From NCBI GenBank assembly GCA_028711165.1, contig JAQTST010000001.1, positions 149,872 to 213,871 on the forward strand: DNA of 64,000 nt, written 5' to 3'. The notes under the pieces were generated by a model that did no database searches, was not told where the DNA came from, and saw only the letters and a list, made by a program, of their open reading frames with translations. The translations under genes were made by a program, and so were the position numbers. The DNA comes from Candidatus Nanoarchaeia archaeon. Lineage in GTDB: Archaea > Nanobdellota > Nanobdellia > Pacearchaeales > GW2011-AR1. This document shows, one piece after another, positions 52,714-62,514 of the stretch (position 1 is its first letter; the number at the start of each line of letters is the position of its first letter).

Positions 52714-53103
52714 TTATTTTCTTCTAAGAAGCAATTTTTTTATCTCGCGAATTTCTCTCTCTGATTTTTTATTTATCTGATAATCGTATTCCATCTTCAG
52801 TCTGTCTTTTTGTGATTGCACATTTTGTGACATTAAAATTATCGGGGTGTAAATAACACCGAGACATCCGACGACGAGGTTTAATAAAATAAATGGGGCC
52901 GGGTCAAATGGTTCCCCCAATTCATATTCTATGAATATATATCCATTAATAATAATCCAGGTTAATAAAATAGAAATTAAAGAAAGTATAAATCCCCAGC
53001 TACCAATAATCTTCGTTACAACATCTGATGCTTTTTGTCCAAATGTTCTCCGATGATGCCTAAATATTGGATGTTCCAAGTGATGGAATTCCTCTTTTTT
53101 CAT
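52714..53103 (-). CDS. DUF1003-family membrane protein
   Basis: FGQKASDVVTKIIGSWGFI, DPAPFILLNL and MSQNVQSQKDR pattern. Confidence 0.75.
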   Translation of the reverse strand: MKKEEFHHLEHPIFRHHRRTFGQKASDVVTKIIGSWGFILSLISILLTWIIINGYIFIEYELGEPFDPAPFILLNLVVGCLGVIYTPIILMSQNVQSQKDRLKMEYDYQINKKSEREIREIKKLLLRRK

Positions 53104-53253
53104 ATTATTAATTGGAAAATCCTGTTTATAACTTTTCTTCTAATTTATTTATAACTACCTAGGGGTTACAAAAGGAAGATTTAAATAGGATAAAAAATTG
53201 AGAATTTTATGAAAAAGTAAATATAAAATTTACAATTTCACTCTATAAATAAA

Positions 53254-53778
53254 ATGAAAAAGAAAGCATTACTCGTTTATGGAAATCCTAATCAAAAGGA
53301 TAATCCACAAGAGTTTTACAAAAATTGCGAAAGAGATATAAAAATCATGTCAGAAATAGCTGAAGCCGACGGATATGATATCTGCAAGATTCAAGATTTT
53401 GATTTGGAGAAAAAACTTCAAGAATATACAAACAAAGATATGAATTCTTTTTTATTTTATTTTACCGGGCATGCCTGTCAGGCTTTATTGGGAAATCTTA
53501 CTGCAAGTTTTGATTTAGATCCTTTTTTTGAATTAATTGATAAAATTAAGGGCGAAAAAATTGTCATCTTAGACTCCTGCACACAAAAATATATTCCTTC
53601 GAGAAAATTCTCTAAAAACACAAAAGTTTTCGGAGGAGATGAAATTGATAAGGAATCTGGTTTATCCAAATTATTTTTTGACGCAGTAATGTGCTATAAT
53701 AAAAAACTGGAAGAAATAGACAAGAAAACTTTTGATGAAATGAAACACAACTGGGTTTATGTCGGAGAAGTTGCATAA
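53254..53778 (+). CDS. minimal caspase-like (C14/CHAT-like) domain protein
   Basis: KALLVYGNP beta1, FLFYFTGHA (His) and IVILDSCTQ (Cys) in caspase-fold order. Only 174 aa. Confidence 0.45.
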   Translation: MKKKALLVYGNPNQKDNPQEFYKNCERDIKIMSEIAEADGYDICKIQDFDLEKKLQEYTNKDMNSFLFYFTGHACQALLGNLTASFDLDPFFELIDKIKGEKIVILDSCTQKYIPSRKFSKNTKVFGGDEIDKESGLSKLFFDAVMCYNKKLEEIDKKTFDEMKHNWVYVGEVA

Positions 53779-53838
53779 TTAGAAACTATCTTAATCATCT
53801 TTCTAAAATTTAATAAAGTCTTTCCTCTCTATTTTTCT

Positions 53839-55287
53839 ATGGAATCCGGAGAGAAAATTGATTATGAAAAAATAGGTTTTAAATCTGGATTGGAAATTCA
53901 CCAGCAACTTGACACCAAAAAATTATTTTGCAACTGCCCGTCGGTGCTGAGACAGGATGAGCCTGATTTTACTGTCAAGAGAAAACTTCACGCGGTTGCA
54001 GGGGAGAGCGGGGAAATTGACGTCGCTGCTAAACACGAGGCTGAAAAAGAAAAAACTTTTACTTACGAAGGTTATGATACGACTTGTCTTGTTGAACTTG
54101 ACGAGATGCCCCCTTATGAAATAAATCAGGAAGCGCTGAAAATTGTTCTGCAGGTTGCTATTCTGCTTAACGCGAGAATTTTTCCAATTACGCAAATAAT
54201 GAGAAAGACAGTTATCGACGGGAGCAACACTTCCGGATTTCAGAGGACAGTTTTGATTGCACACGACGGCTGGGTTATCACCAAAGCTGGAAGGGTTGGA
54301 ATTCAGAGCATTTGCCTTGAAGAAGATGCAGCGAGAATAATTGAACGAAAAGAAAATTCTGCAACTTACAGACTTGACAGACTTGGAATTCCTCTGATTG
54401 AAATTGCGACTGCTCCTGACATGAAAGACGCTGAACAAGTTAAGGAAGTTGCCCTCCATATAGGGAAAATTTTGAGAAGCTGTAAAATAAAAAGGGGAAT
54501 CGGAACAATAAGACAGGATATTAATGTTTCAATACGGGAAGGAGACAGAGTTGAGATTAAAGGTTTTCAAGAGCCGTCGATGATGACTAAAACGATTGAT
54601 AATGAAATTGAAAGACAGCAGTTTCTTATCAAGTCCGGGAAAAGAGTTCACGGGGAAGTCAGAAATGCTTTACCCGACGGAAAAACCGAATTTTTGCGTC
54701 CAATTCCCGGAGCTGCGAGAATGTATCCAGAGACAGATTTGCCGTTGCTGAAAATCTCCAGAGATTTGCTAAACGAAGTCAAGAAAAATCTTCCCAAATT
54801 AAGAGAAGAGATTGAAGAAGATTTGAATAAGATTGGCTTGAACGAAGAGATGATTCGACTTTTATTCAAGCAGAATAAAATTGAGGAGTTCAAGGAATTA
54901 CTTAATATTCTTAATGAACCGAAGCTGATTGCCAAAATTTTGCTGGTTTTCCCGAAGGAAATTGCTTCTCACAAGAAAAAATCTATTGAGGAAATTTTAG
55001 ATGTTCTGAATAAAGATATCATGATTTTTGCTGTTGAATCTTTGAAGAAAAAGAAAATTTCAAAGGAGCAGATTAAATCTGTTCTGGAAAAAATCAGCGA
55101 CGGAGAATCTCCTGAAAATGCTATTGAGTTCAAGAAACACGAAGGAAATATTGAAGAGGAAGTTTTGAAAATAATCAAATCAAAACCAGGACTTTCTGAA
55201 AATGCTTACATGGGTTTGGTTATGAAAAACATAAAAGGTATAAATGGCGGAGAAGCTATGGAGATGATTAGGAAGCTGATGAAATAA
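53839..55287 (+). CDS. gatE: Glu-tRNA(Gln) amidotransferase subunit E (short form)
   Basis: GFKSGLEIHQQLDTKKLFCNCPS, CLVELDEMPP and VIDGSNTSGFQRT. 482 aa, shorter than typical GatE. Confidence 0.85.
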   Translation: MESGEKIDYEKIGFKSGLEIHQQLDTKKLFCNCPSVLRQDEPDFTVKRKLHAVAGESGEIDVAAKHEAEKEKTFTYEGYDTTCLVELDEMPPYEINQEALKIVLQVAILLNARIFPITQIMRKTVIDGSNTSGFQRTVLIAHDGWVITKAGRVGIQSICLEEDAARIIERKENSATYRLDRLGIPLIEIATAPDMKDAEQVKEVALHIGKILRSCKIKRGIGTIRQDINVSIREGDRVEIKGFQEPSMMTKTIDNEIERQQFLIKSGKRVHGEVRNALPDGKTEFLRPIPGAARMYPETDLPLLKISRDLLNEVKKNLPKLREEIEEDLNKIGLNEEMIRLLFKQNKIEEFKELLNILNEPKLIAKILLVFPKEIASHKKKSIEEILDVLNKDIMIFAVESLKKKKISKEQIKSVLEKISDGESPENAIEFKKHEGNIEEEVLKIIKSKPGLSENAYMGLVMKNIKGINGGEAMEMIRKLMK

Positions 55288-55341
55288 GTGTATTCTCTCT
55301 TTAATGGTAACATTTAAATATATTTAATCTCTTGGAAAATT

Positions 55342-56013
55342 ATGGAAGCAATTAATGTTCGGTTTCCAAATAATAGAACGTATTCACTATTCCCCGAGAG
55401 AAATACTATTCAAAAGTATGGACTATCTTTTCCTTCTGAAATCGATAACAGAACTTTGTTTATCACAGGACTTTCAGGAACAGGAAAATCTACTTTTGTC
55501 AGAAAAATTTGTGATGAGGAAAAAATTCCTTACTTTGGACAGACATTTGTATTCCTAAAAGAATCTCCTGAAATCTATCGTGCTCCCCATGTTCGTAATA
55601 TTCCTTTAAGAAATTTATCTAATAACAAAATAATAGACGGACATTTTTTATTCAATTTTCCTTCCTGGGATAAACCGATACATGCACATGGCGATGAAGT
55701 CTGCAATTCAGATTATGACTTTTTAGATACAGAAAAAGATTTTAGCATTGACAGTGAAATTAATAACAAAATAATTTTTGAATTCAGACAACTAGAACCT
55801 TCTTTAATTCAGGAAGCGAGAAAGAAAAGACATGAAGAAGCAATTTTAGGAAATCCGTTATTTAAAAATCATACTTACAGAGCTCATAGCATAGAGCAAA
55901 TAGAAAAGGGAGAATATTTACTTTATCTAACTGCACATAAATTTTTTGAACAAGGTGCAGATGTTTTTATTAGAACAAGTTTCTACGGGGAACCTTTGAG
56001 ATTTGTTAAATAA
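55342..56013 (+). CDS. hypothetical P-loop protein
   Basis: Walker A GLSGTGKST; otherwise unrecognised. Confidence 0.45.
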   Translation: MEAINVRFPNNRTYSLFPERNTIQKYGLSFPSEIDNRTLFITGLSGTGKSTFVRKICDEEKIPYFGQTFVFLKESPEIYRAPHVRNIPLRNLSNNKIIDGHFLFNFPSWDKPIHAHGDEVCNSDYDFLDTEKDFSIDSEINNKIIFEFRQLEPSLIQEARKKRHEEAILGNPLFKNHTYRAHSIEQIEKGEYLLYLTAHKFFEQGADVFIRTSFYGEPLRFVK

Positions 56014-56027
56014 TTAATTTAATAAAC

Positions 56028-56083
56028 GGGGTTTCTTTTTTAGAAAAAAAGAAACTACACTGGTAGAAAAAACTATAAATCCC
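56028..56083 (+). repeat. family D hairpin element, copy D2 (intergenic, upstream of aspS)
   Basis: GGGGTTTCTTTTTTAGAAAAAAAGAAACTACACTGGTAGAAAAAACTATAAATCCC. The stem GTTTCTTTTT/AAAAAGAAAC carries a compensatory C-to-T / G-to-A change relative to D1. Confidence 0.75.
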
Positions 56084-56102
56084 TAAGAATTATGAAATAA
56101 AT

Positions 56103-57374
56103 ATGGAAAGGAAATATATTTCAGATATTAAATCAGGGGAAAATGTTCTGCTGAAAGGCTGGGTTTATGAACTTAGAGATTTGGCAAAATTAAAATTCTT
56201 TTTACTTCGGGATTCTTCTGGAATTATTCAGTGCATTGTAAAAGACAAGAAACTCATGGAGCGTTTTCCTGAACTGACTTTGGAATCTGTTGTTGAAGTT
56301 AAAGGACAAGTTAAGAAAGCAGATATCAAGGCAGAGTTTGCTAGGAAAGATGCAGAGATTGAAGTTTCTGATTTTGAAATTATCAGCGTCGCTGAAAAAC
56401 TTCCGATTCACATAAATGAGAAGACAACTACGACGGAATTTTCGACGAGACTTGATTACAGATTTCTTGATATCAGGAAACCAAAAGTTTATGCTATCTT
56501 TAAAATCGAAGCGACGATTATGCAGGCTTACAGAGAATTCATGATAAAAGAAGGAGCAATGGAGGCGGTTTTCCCGTCGGTAATCAGCGCGAGTTCTGAA
56601 GGCGGAACTGAATTGTTTAAATTAAAATATTTCGAGCATAACGCTTTTTTGAGCCAGAGCTGTCAGTTATACAAACAAATGCTCGCCTGTTCGATTGAAA
56701 AAGTTTTTACCATTTTCACTGTTTGGCGAGCAGAGAAACATAACACTCTGAGACATCTGAATGAATCGAGACAACTGGATTTTGAAATGGCTTTTGCCGA
56801 CGAGTTTGATGTGATGGAAATTATGGGAAAGTGCGTTCAATATATTATTAAGAAAGTTTTGGAAGTGAATAAAGAGGAACTTAAGGTTTTGGAAGTTGAT
56901 TTGAAAGTTCCGAAAATGAAATCCATGACGTTTGAAGAAGTTTCTGAACTCATGAAAAAAAATAAAATTCACGTCGAGAAAGATGACTTGACTCCTGAAG
57001 CAGAAAAGAAAATTGGGGAATTATATCCTGACACAATTGTTTTTGTCCACGACTGGCCTTTGAAAGGAAAGCCATTTTACATTATGCCAAAAGGAAATGA
57101 TTTGTCCCGCGGTTTTGACGCGATTTACAAAGGCATGGAACTTACTTCCGGCGGGCAGAGAGTTCATATTCCTAATATATTAATAGAAAGATTGACAGCG
57201 AAAGGCTTAAATCCTAAAAATTTCACGGCTTATATTGACAGCTTTAGATACGGCGCACCTCCTCACGCTGGCTGGGGAATGGGGCTTGAAAGATTGACAA
57301 TGTTAATGCTGGGCTTGGAAAATATCAGGGAAGTTGTTTTATTCCCACGAGACCGAACGCGATTAACGCCTTAG
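56103..57374 (+). CDS. aspS: aspartyl-tRNA synthetase, archaeal type
   Basis: OB-fold N-terminus GWVYELRDLAKLKFFLLRD, FRAEKHNTLRHLNE, GAPPHAGWGMGLERL, C-terminal FPRDRTRLTP. Confidence 0.9.
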   Translation: MERKYISDIKSGENVLLKGWVYELRDLAKLKFFLLRDSSGIIQCIVKDKKLMERFPELTLESVVEVKGQVKKADIKAEFARKDAEIEVSDFEIISVAEKLPIHINEKTTTTEFSTRLDYRFLDIRKPKVYAIFKIEATIMQAYREFMIKEGAMEAVFPSVISASSEGGTELFKLKYFEHNAFLSQSCQLYKQMLACSIEKVFTIFTVWRAEKHNTLRHLNESRQLDFEMAFADEFDVMEIMGKCVQYIIKKVLEVNKEELKVLEVDLKVPKMKSMTFEEVSELMKKNKIHVEKDDLTPEAEKKIGELYPDTIVFVHDWPLKGKPFYIMPKGNDLSRGFDAIYKGMELTSGGQRVHIPNILIERLTAKGLNPKNFTAYIDSFRYGAPPHAGWGMGLERLTMLMLGLENIREVVLFPRDRTRLTP

Positions 57375-57403
57375 GTCTACTCCAAATTATAAATAATTTG
57401 TCG

Positions 57404-57430
57404 GGAGACAGAACAAGACTAACACCATGA
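57404..57430 (+). pseudogene. orphan AspRS-like C-terminal remnant (GDRTRLTP-stop) overlapping the asnS start
   Basis: GGAGACAGAACAAGACTAACACCATGA encodes GDRTRLTP*. This is the same peptide as the aspS end 56 nt upstream, but six of its seven amino-acid codons (all but GAC) and the stop codon differ synonymously. Its TGA overlaps the asnS ATG. Confidence 0.5.
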
Positions 57431-58728
57431 AATTTATATCAATTCAAAATGCAATGGAAAAGGGTTCTGGAAAAGTAGCTGTGCGTGGGTGGGTTTACCG
57501 AGAGAGAGGAAGCAACAAAATGAAATTTATTGTTCTGCGTGATTCGACAAATATTATCCAGTGTGTTTTGTCGAGGGAAAAATTTGAAAAACAATGGAAA
57601 GATATTGACAGTCTGATGGTTGAGAGCTCTGTTGAAATCGGGGGAGAAATTAAAAAAGACAGCCGAGCTCCAACAGGTTTTGAAATCAGCGTCGATAAAA
57701 TCAACATTGTTCACAAATCAGAAGATTTTCCAATCAACAAAGATTTGAATGAAGAGCTTTTGGGAGACAGAAGACACCTTTGGCTGAGAAGCAGAAAAAT
57801 GATTGCTATTATGAAAATTCGTTCTACTATTTTGCAGGCAATCAGAGAACACTGGATTAAGAAAGGTTTTTACGAATATCACAGTCCTGAAATTCTCGGA
57901 ATGTCATGCGAAGGCGGTTCAACTTTATTCAAAATGGATTATTTTGGAAAACCAGCTTATCTTAGTCAGACCTGGCAACTGCACGCTGAACCTGCAATTT
58001 TTGCTTTGGAAAAAATATTTACAATTCAACCGGCATTCAGAGCAGAGAAATCAAAAACATCGAGACATCTTGCTGAACTTTGGATGGCAGAAATGGAAGC
58101 AGCCTGGTGGGAATTTAAGGATTTACAAGACGATGCTGAAGAAATAATTAAAGACGTTGTGAAAAAAGTTTTAGAAAATAATAAACCTGAACTTGAAGTT
58201 TTGGAACGTGATGTGAATAAATTAAAACCAGTTATAAACAAGAAATTTCCGAGGATGACTTATACTGAAGCTTTGAAATTGCTGAAGGAAAAGAAAAAAA
58301 TCAGCATTCTGTGGGGGAAGGATTTGAGAACAATTGAAGAGGATAAACTCTCTGAATTATTCGACACTCCTATTATTGTAACAGAATATCCGAAGGCAAT
58401 TAAAGCTTTTTACATGAAAGAATCTCCAAAAAGTCCGAAGGAAGGAAAAGTTGTTTTGGGTTTTGACATGATTGGGCCTGAAGGTTACGGGGAATTAATC
58501 GGTGCTTCACAGAGAGAGGAAAATATTGAAAAAATTAAAGAGAATCTTAAGAAACAAGGCGAGGATTGCAGCAAGTATGAATTCTATTTGGACACAAGAA
58601 AATACGGCAGTGTTCCTCACGGAGGATATGGGATGGGTGTTGAAAGAATCATCTCCTGGATTTGCGGTTTATCGACGATAAAGGATGCAATTGCCTTTCC
58701 AAGAACTGCAACACGATTAACTCCTTAA
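57427..58728 (+). CDS. asnS: asparaginyl-tRNA synthetase
   Basis: GWVYRERGSNKMKFIVLRD, FRAEKSKTSRHLAELWMAEME, GSVPHGGYGMGVERI, C-terminal FPRTATRLTP. Confidence 0.9.
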   Translation: MKFISIQNAMEKGSGKVAVRGWVYRERGSNKMKFIVLRDSTNIIQCVLSREKFEKQWKDIDSLMVESSVEIGGEIKKDSRAPTGFEISVDKINIVHKSEDFPINKDLNEELLGDRRHLWLRSRKMIAIMKIRSTILQAIREHWIKKGFYEYHSPEILGMSCEGGSTLFKMDYFGKPAYLSQTWQLHAEPAIFALEKIFTIQPAFRAEKSKTSRHLAELWMAEMEAAWWEFKDLQDDAEEIIKDVVKKVLENNKPELEVLERDVNKLKPVINKKFPRMTYTEALKLLKEKKKISILWGKDLRTIEEDKLSELFDTPIIVTEYPKAIKAFYMKESPKSPKEGKVVLGFDMIGPEGYGELIGASQREENIEKIKENLKKQGEDCSKYEFYLDTRKYGSVPHGGYGMGVERIISWICGLSTIKDAIAFPRTATRLTP

Positions 58729-58775
58729 TTCTATATAATAAGGTTTAAATATTTGAGGAATTCTAAGTTTCAAGC

Positions 58776-59216
58776 ATGGAAAACAATAAACAAGAAAATC
58801 ATTTTCATCATCAGAAATTAAGTTCATTTGAGAAAAAATTAATCCACGACAGGACAGATTATCCTGTTATCTCTTTAATCGACGCTTTAACTCCCGAACA
58901 GATTCAGAAGATAAATGATTCTATTCTCTATAAATCAGAATACTTAAAACATTCCTGTCTTATGCAAATGGACTGGATAAATAATTTCATGTACTTCTGG
59001 GGGGAAAAAAATAAAGAAGACCCGAAAGATAACCCTCACTGCCTTGAAGATTTCCGTGAAAGCATCCATCCTCTGAGATACCGACTTTGGTTTGCTGTTC
59101 ACTATCCTGAGGAAGTTGAAATATTGGAAAATAAAGGCGATTATAAATTAACTAAAGATTTTTTGGAAGAGGCAAGAAAAGAATACAAACTTGCCTGTCT
59201 GCGAAATAAAAAATAA
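58776..59216 (+). CDS. hypothetical protein
   Basis: 146-aa ORF; no domain recognised. Confidence 0.45.
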   Translation: MENNKQENHFHHQKLSSFEKKLIHDRTDYPVISLIDALTPEQIQKINDSILYKSEYLKHSCLMQMDWINNFMYFWGEKNKEDPKDNPHCLEDFRESIHPLRYRLWFAVHYPEEVEILENKGDYKLTKDFLEEARKEYKLACLRNKK

Positions 59217-59217
59217 A

Positions 59218-59637
59218 ATGAAAAAAATAATTGCATCAGGACCAGTTATCGTTTGCGACAACAGATTGTTAGTCACCCTCGATAAAAAAGATAATTTTTA
59301 CAAACTTCCCGGAGGAACTGTGAAAGGAAAAGACAGTCTTGAAGAAACTTGCCGACGGGAACTCAAGGAAGAAACAGGATTCGAATGCAGAATTTTAAAA
59401 AAATTGCATACGATGAAATTGAATAAAAATCCGTCGACAAAAGAAAAAATGAAAATTGAACTGCATCATTATAAATGTGAATTAATCAATTCTCCGACGG
59501 ATTACAAATCTTTTGAACATAACGGACATAAGGTTGCCTGGATTTATTTATACAAAATAATTGAAGGATTGTATTCTGTTGCGCCAAATATTCCTTTTTT
59601 AATTTTGGAAAATGATATTAATGCCGACATAAAATAA
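59218..59637 (+). CDS. NUDIX hydrolase
   Basis: Nudix box GGTVKGKDSLEETCRRELKEETGFE. Start at ATG 59218. Confidence 0.8.
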   Translation: MKKIIASGPVIVCDNRLLVTLDKKDNFYKLPGGTVKGKDSLEETCRRELKEETGFECRILKKLHTMKLNKNPSTKEKMKIELHHYKCELINSPTDYKSFEHNGHKVAWIYLYKIIEGLYSVAPNIPFLILENDINADIK

Positions 59638-59732
59638 TAATTCTCCGTCGGTAAATCATAAAAATAAAAATAAAAAATAAATTTTGCAAAAATCGATAGA
59701 TTTTTAAATGTCGGGTATTTTATATTTCCAGA

Positions 59733-60917
59733 ATGAAGGGGAAGACAAAAAAAGAGGATACGAAGAGAAGATTTGCACAGGAATTTGCTATACTATTAAT
59801 CTTAGTTGTTTCTGTAGGAATTTTATTTTTCTATTCAAGTGTTAATTTTACAGGTTATGCTACTTTTAGTGAATATGCAAATCAATCATCATGTCAAACA
59901 GCAGGATATACTTGGGAAGATTTAACAGTACAAAACTGCACTACGGTAGCTACATGCGTAAATCAAACAAATAATTGTGAACCCTGTATTAATTCTCAGA
60001 ATGTAAATGGAACTCAAGTTTGCCTTAATTGGACTCAATGTACTAATCAAACATGCACTAACAATGAAGTATGTGTTCCTGTTGTAACTGGCGGACAATG
60101 TACTGGAAATTGTGATTCTTCTCATCTAAACTTATGCTCTAATGAAACAGCTTGTAACAGCGCAATGGGTGCAGGTAATTATTGGTATGCTAATGCTTGT
60201 CACTCTACACAATGTACTCCTAAGACTTGTGGTTCTTTAGGTTATAATTGTGAAATTTGGAGTGATGGATGCGGGGGAACAGTAGACTGTGGAACTTGTG
60301 CTGATGGGGCTGTGTGTAGTTCAGGAGTATGCCCAACTACTACTGGAGGAACAACTGAAGAAACTTCTGAAGAATCATCTGAAGAAGAAAGTAGCGAAAG
60401 TAGTGAAGAAGGATCAAGTGGCAGTCAAATTACTGTTGCAGCAATTAGAAAAAAGACATGTGTACCTGACTGGGAATGCGGAGAATGGCAAGAATGTATA
60501 AATAATCAACAGATAAGAGTTTGTACTGATGTGAATAAATGTGGATTTGAAGATGGAATTCCAACAACATCTCAAGCTTGTACCTCTGAAACTTGTTCAG
60601 ATAAAATAAAGAACCAAGATGAAACAGGAGTTGATTGTGGGGGAAGTACATGTAAGAAATGCGGTGGATTCTTCACAATTGTAGGTAGTTCAATCTCAGG
60701 AGCAATTAATGCCAGTACTGATTTTGTTTTGAAAGGAATGTTTGGAAGTTTACCTAAAGCAATTATCTCAATCTTTGTATTAGCTTTCATTATAGGCGGA
60801 ATTATTGTAGCAAGATTATTCGTCCTAAAGAAGAAAGTTAAGATAGACTTTAGATTAATGTTATCTAAATTTGGAAACTTGAAAAATATCTTCAACAAAT
60901 TTAAGTCTTCTAACTGA
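59733..60917 (+). CDS. Cys-rich surface protein with N- and C-terminal TM segments and an acidic Ser/Glu linker
   Basis: N-terminal anchor, repeated Cys modules (CTPKTCGSLGYNCEIWSDGCGGTVDCGTCADGAVCSSGVC; CGGSTCKKCG), TSEESSEEESSESSEEGSSGS linker, C-terminal TM. Confidence 0.6.
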   Translation: MKGKTKKEDTKRRFAQEFAILLILVVSVGILFFYSSVNFTGYATFSEYANQSSCQTAGYTWEDLTVQNCTTVATCVNQTNNCEPCINSQNVNGTQVCLNWTQCTNQTCTNNEVCVPVVTGGQCTGNCDSSHLNLCSNETACNSAMGAGNYWYANACHSTQCTPKTCGSLGYNCEIWSDGCGGTVDCGTCADGAVCSSGVCPTTTGGTTEETSEESSEEESSESSEEGSSGSQITVAAIRKKTCVPDWECGEWQECINNQQIRVCTDVNKCGFEDGIPTTSQACTSETCSDKIKNQDETGVDCGGSTCKKCGGFFTIVGSSISGAINASTDFVLKGMFGSLPKAIISIFVLAFIIGGIIVARLFVLKKKVKIDFRLMLSKFGNLKNIFNKFKSSN

Positions 60918-61017
60918 TAAGATTCTCTTGATTAATACCACAATTTAACTTTACTATTGTTTGATTTAAATCTTTTAGAACACAAAAGTTTTAAAGTAAT
61001 TTTTTCTTTTCTTTAAT

Positions 61018-61683
61018 ATGAAGTTTGGAGATATCGAAATCAAATGGCTCGGACATTCTGGTTTTTTGATTAAGAATCATAAAATTATTTACATTGATCC
61101 TTATAACATAAAATCAGATTCTGAAAAAGCAGATATAATTCTTATCACACACAGTCATTATGACCATTGCAGTATCGCTGATATAAAGAATATTATCAAG
61201 AATGGGACAAAGATTCTTCTTACTGCTGATTGCCAAAGTAAAATGACAAGATTCGAAATCCCGATAGATATGCAGATTGTCGAGCCAGACCAAGAATTTT
61301 CCCTTGGAGAGATTAAAATTTCGACTATTCCTTCTTACAACCCAGAAAAGCCCTTCCATCAAAAATCTGAGGGATGGATTGGTTATTTAATCAAAATTAA
61401 CGGAGTAATTGTATATCACGCAGGAGATACTGACTTTATCCCTGAAATGCAGAAACTTACAGGATATAAACAGCCAGGCAAGGAATTTATTGCTCTGTTG
61501 CCTATTGGAGGAAGATTTACTATGAATGCTGAGGAAGCTGTAGAGGTGGCTAAATTAATCAAACCGACACTTGCAATACCAATTCACTGGGGAAGTTTAT
61601 TCGGGACTAAGGAAGATGCTGAAGAATTTGTAAGGCTTTGTGAAAAGGACGGCATTCATGCTATTATCCTGGAGAAATCATAA
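61018..61683 (+). CDS. metallo-beta-lactamase-fold hydrolase (UPF0173-like)
   Basis: ILITHSHYDH motif and the overall ~220-aa MBL pattern. Confidence 0.8.
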   Translation: MKFGDIEIKWLGHSGFLIKNHKIIYIDPYNIKSDSEKADIILITHSHYDHCSIADIKNIIKNGTKILLTADCQSKMTRFEIPIDMQIVEPDQEFSLGEIKISTIPSYNPEKPFHQKSEGWIGYLIKINGVIVYHAGDTDFIPEMQKLTGYKQPGKEFIALLPIGGRFTMNAEEAVEVAKLIKPTLAIPIHWGSLFGTKEDAEEFVRLCEKDGIHAIILEKS

Positions 61684-61728
61684 AATGATTTTAGAAAACA
61701 ATAAAACTTTTGTTTTGGAGAAGGAGTA

Positions 61729-62292
61729 ATGGATTCATTTCAAAAACGAAAACAAGATGTCCTTTCTAAACTGGATAAATCCCATATTGGGAAATGGGAC
61801 GAGAAAATTGCTGAATTATGTGATAAGATAAATTCTCTTGAAAATTATTACACAACTTCATCTTGCTCTGGAAGAATTATTTTAATGATTGATGCAGAAA
61901 AGAAGGGAAAAGATTTGTTTGTCTTTGTAAGTCACGATAAAGTTAGTTTTGAGGAATTGAAAAATGAATTAAGTTTAGCGTTAGATAAAAATTTGAAAGT
62001 TAAATTCAAACTTGAACCTTGCATTATTCATATTAACTGCAAAACTTTGGAAGATGCTGAAAAAATTTGTGACAAAGGAAAACTTGCTGGCTGGAAAAAA
62101 TCAGGAATTATCGGAATGAAAAACGGAATTACCGTCGAGCTGAACAGCACAGAGAAATTAGAGTTTCCTATAATTAGAAATAAAAAAATTTTGGTTGATG
62201 ATGATTTTCTTAAAATTGCCGTCGATGAAGCGAATAAGAAGCTGGAGAAAGTTTGGGTGAAGATTGAGAAATTGGAAGGAATGATAAAATAA
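61729..62292 (+). CDS. taw3: tRNA wyosine-derivative methyltransferase Taw3/TYW3
   Basis: DEKIAELCDKINSLENYYTTSSCSGRIILM signature and matching length. Confidence 0.8.
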   Translation: MDSFQKRKQDVLSKLDKSHIGKWDEKIAELCDKINSLENYYTTSSCSGRIILMIDAEKKGKDLFVFVSHDKVSFEELKNELSLALDKNLKVKFKLEPCIIHINCKTLEDAEKICDKGKLAGWKKSGIIGMKNGITVELNSTEKLEFPIIRNKKILVDDDFLKIAVDEANKKLEKVWVKIEKLEGMIK

Positions 62293-62514
62293 CTACTCCT
62301 CCGAGAACATAATTATTTAAAAATAAGAAGCGCCTCGCTTTCTTAATATTAATTTAAACGTCAAGTAGATTAAATTAACATTCGTCGGTGAGGCACTCTT
62401 TCTTTACAAATAAATGGAAATGTGTGAAATATTTAAACATTTCGTTAAAATAAAATACATTTCCGACTTTGCTTAGCAAATGAAAAAATATAATGATAAA
62501 GGAGGAATAGAAAG

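Noticed and set aside
62416-62464. Nested inverted repeats upstream of ftsZ: GGAAATGT ... ACATTTCC, with an inner GAAAT/ATTTC.
   Set aside because: These are short AT-rich palindromes that are expected fairly often by chance in DNA of this composition. No second copy or conservation evidence is available in the window.
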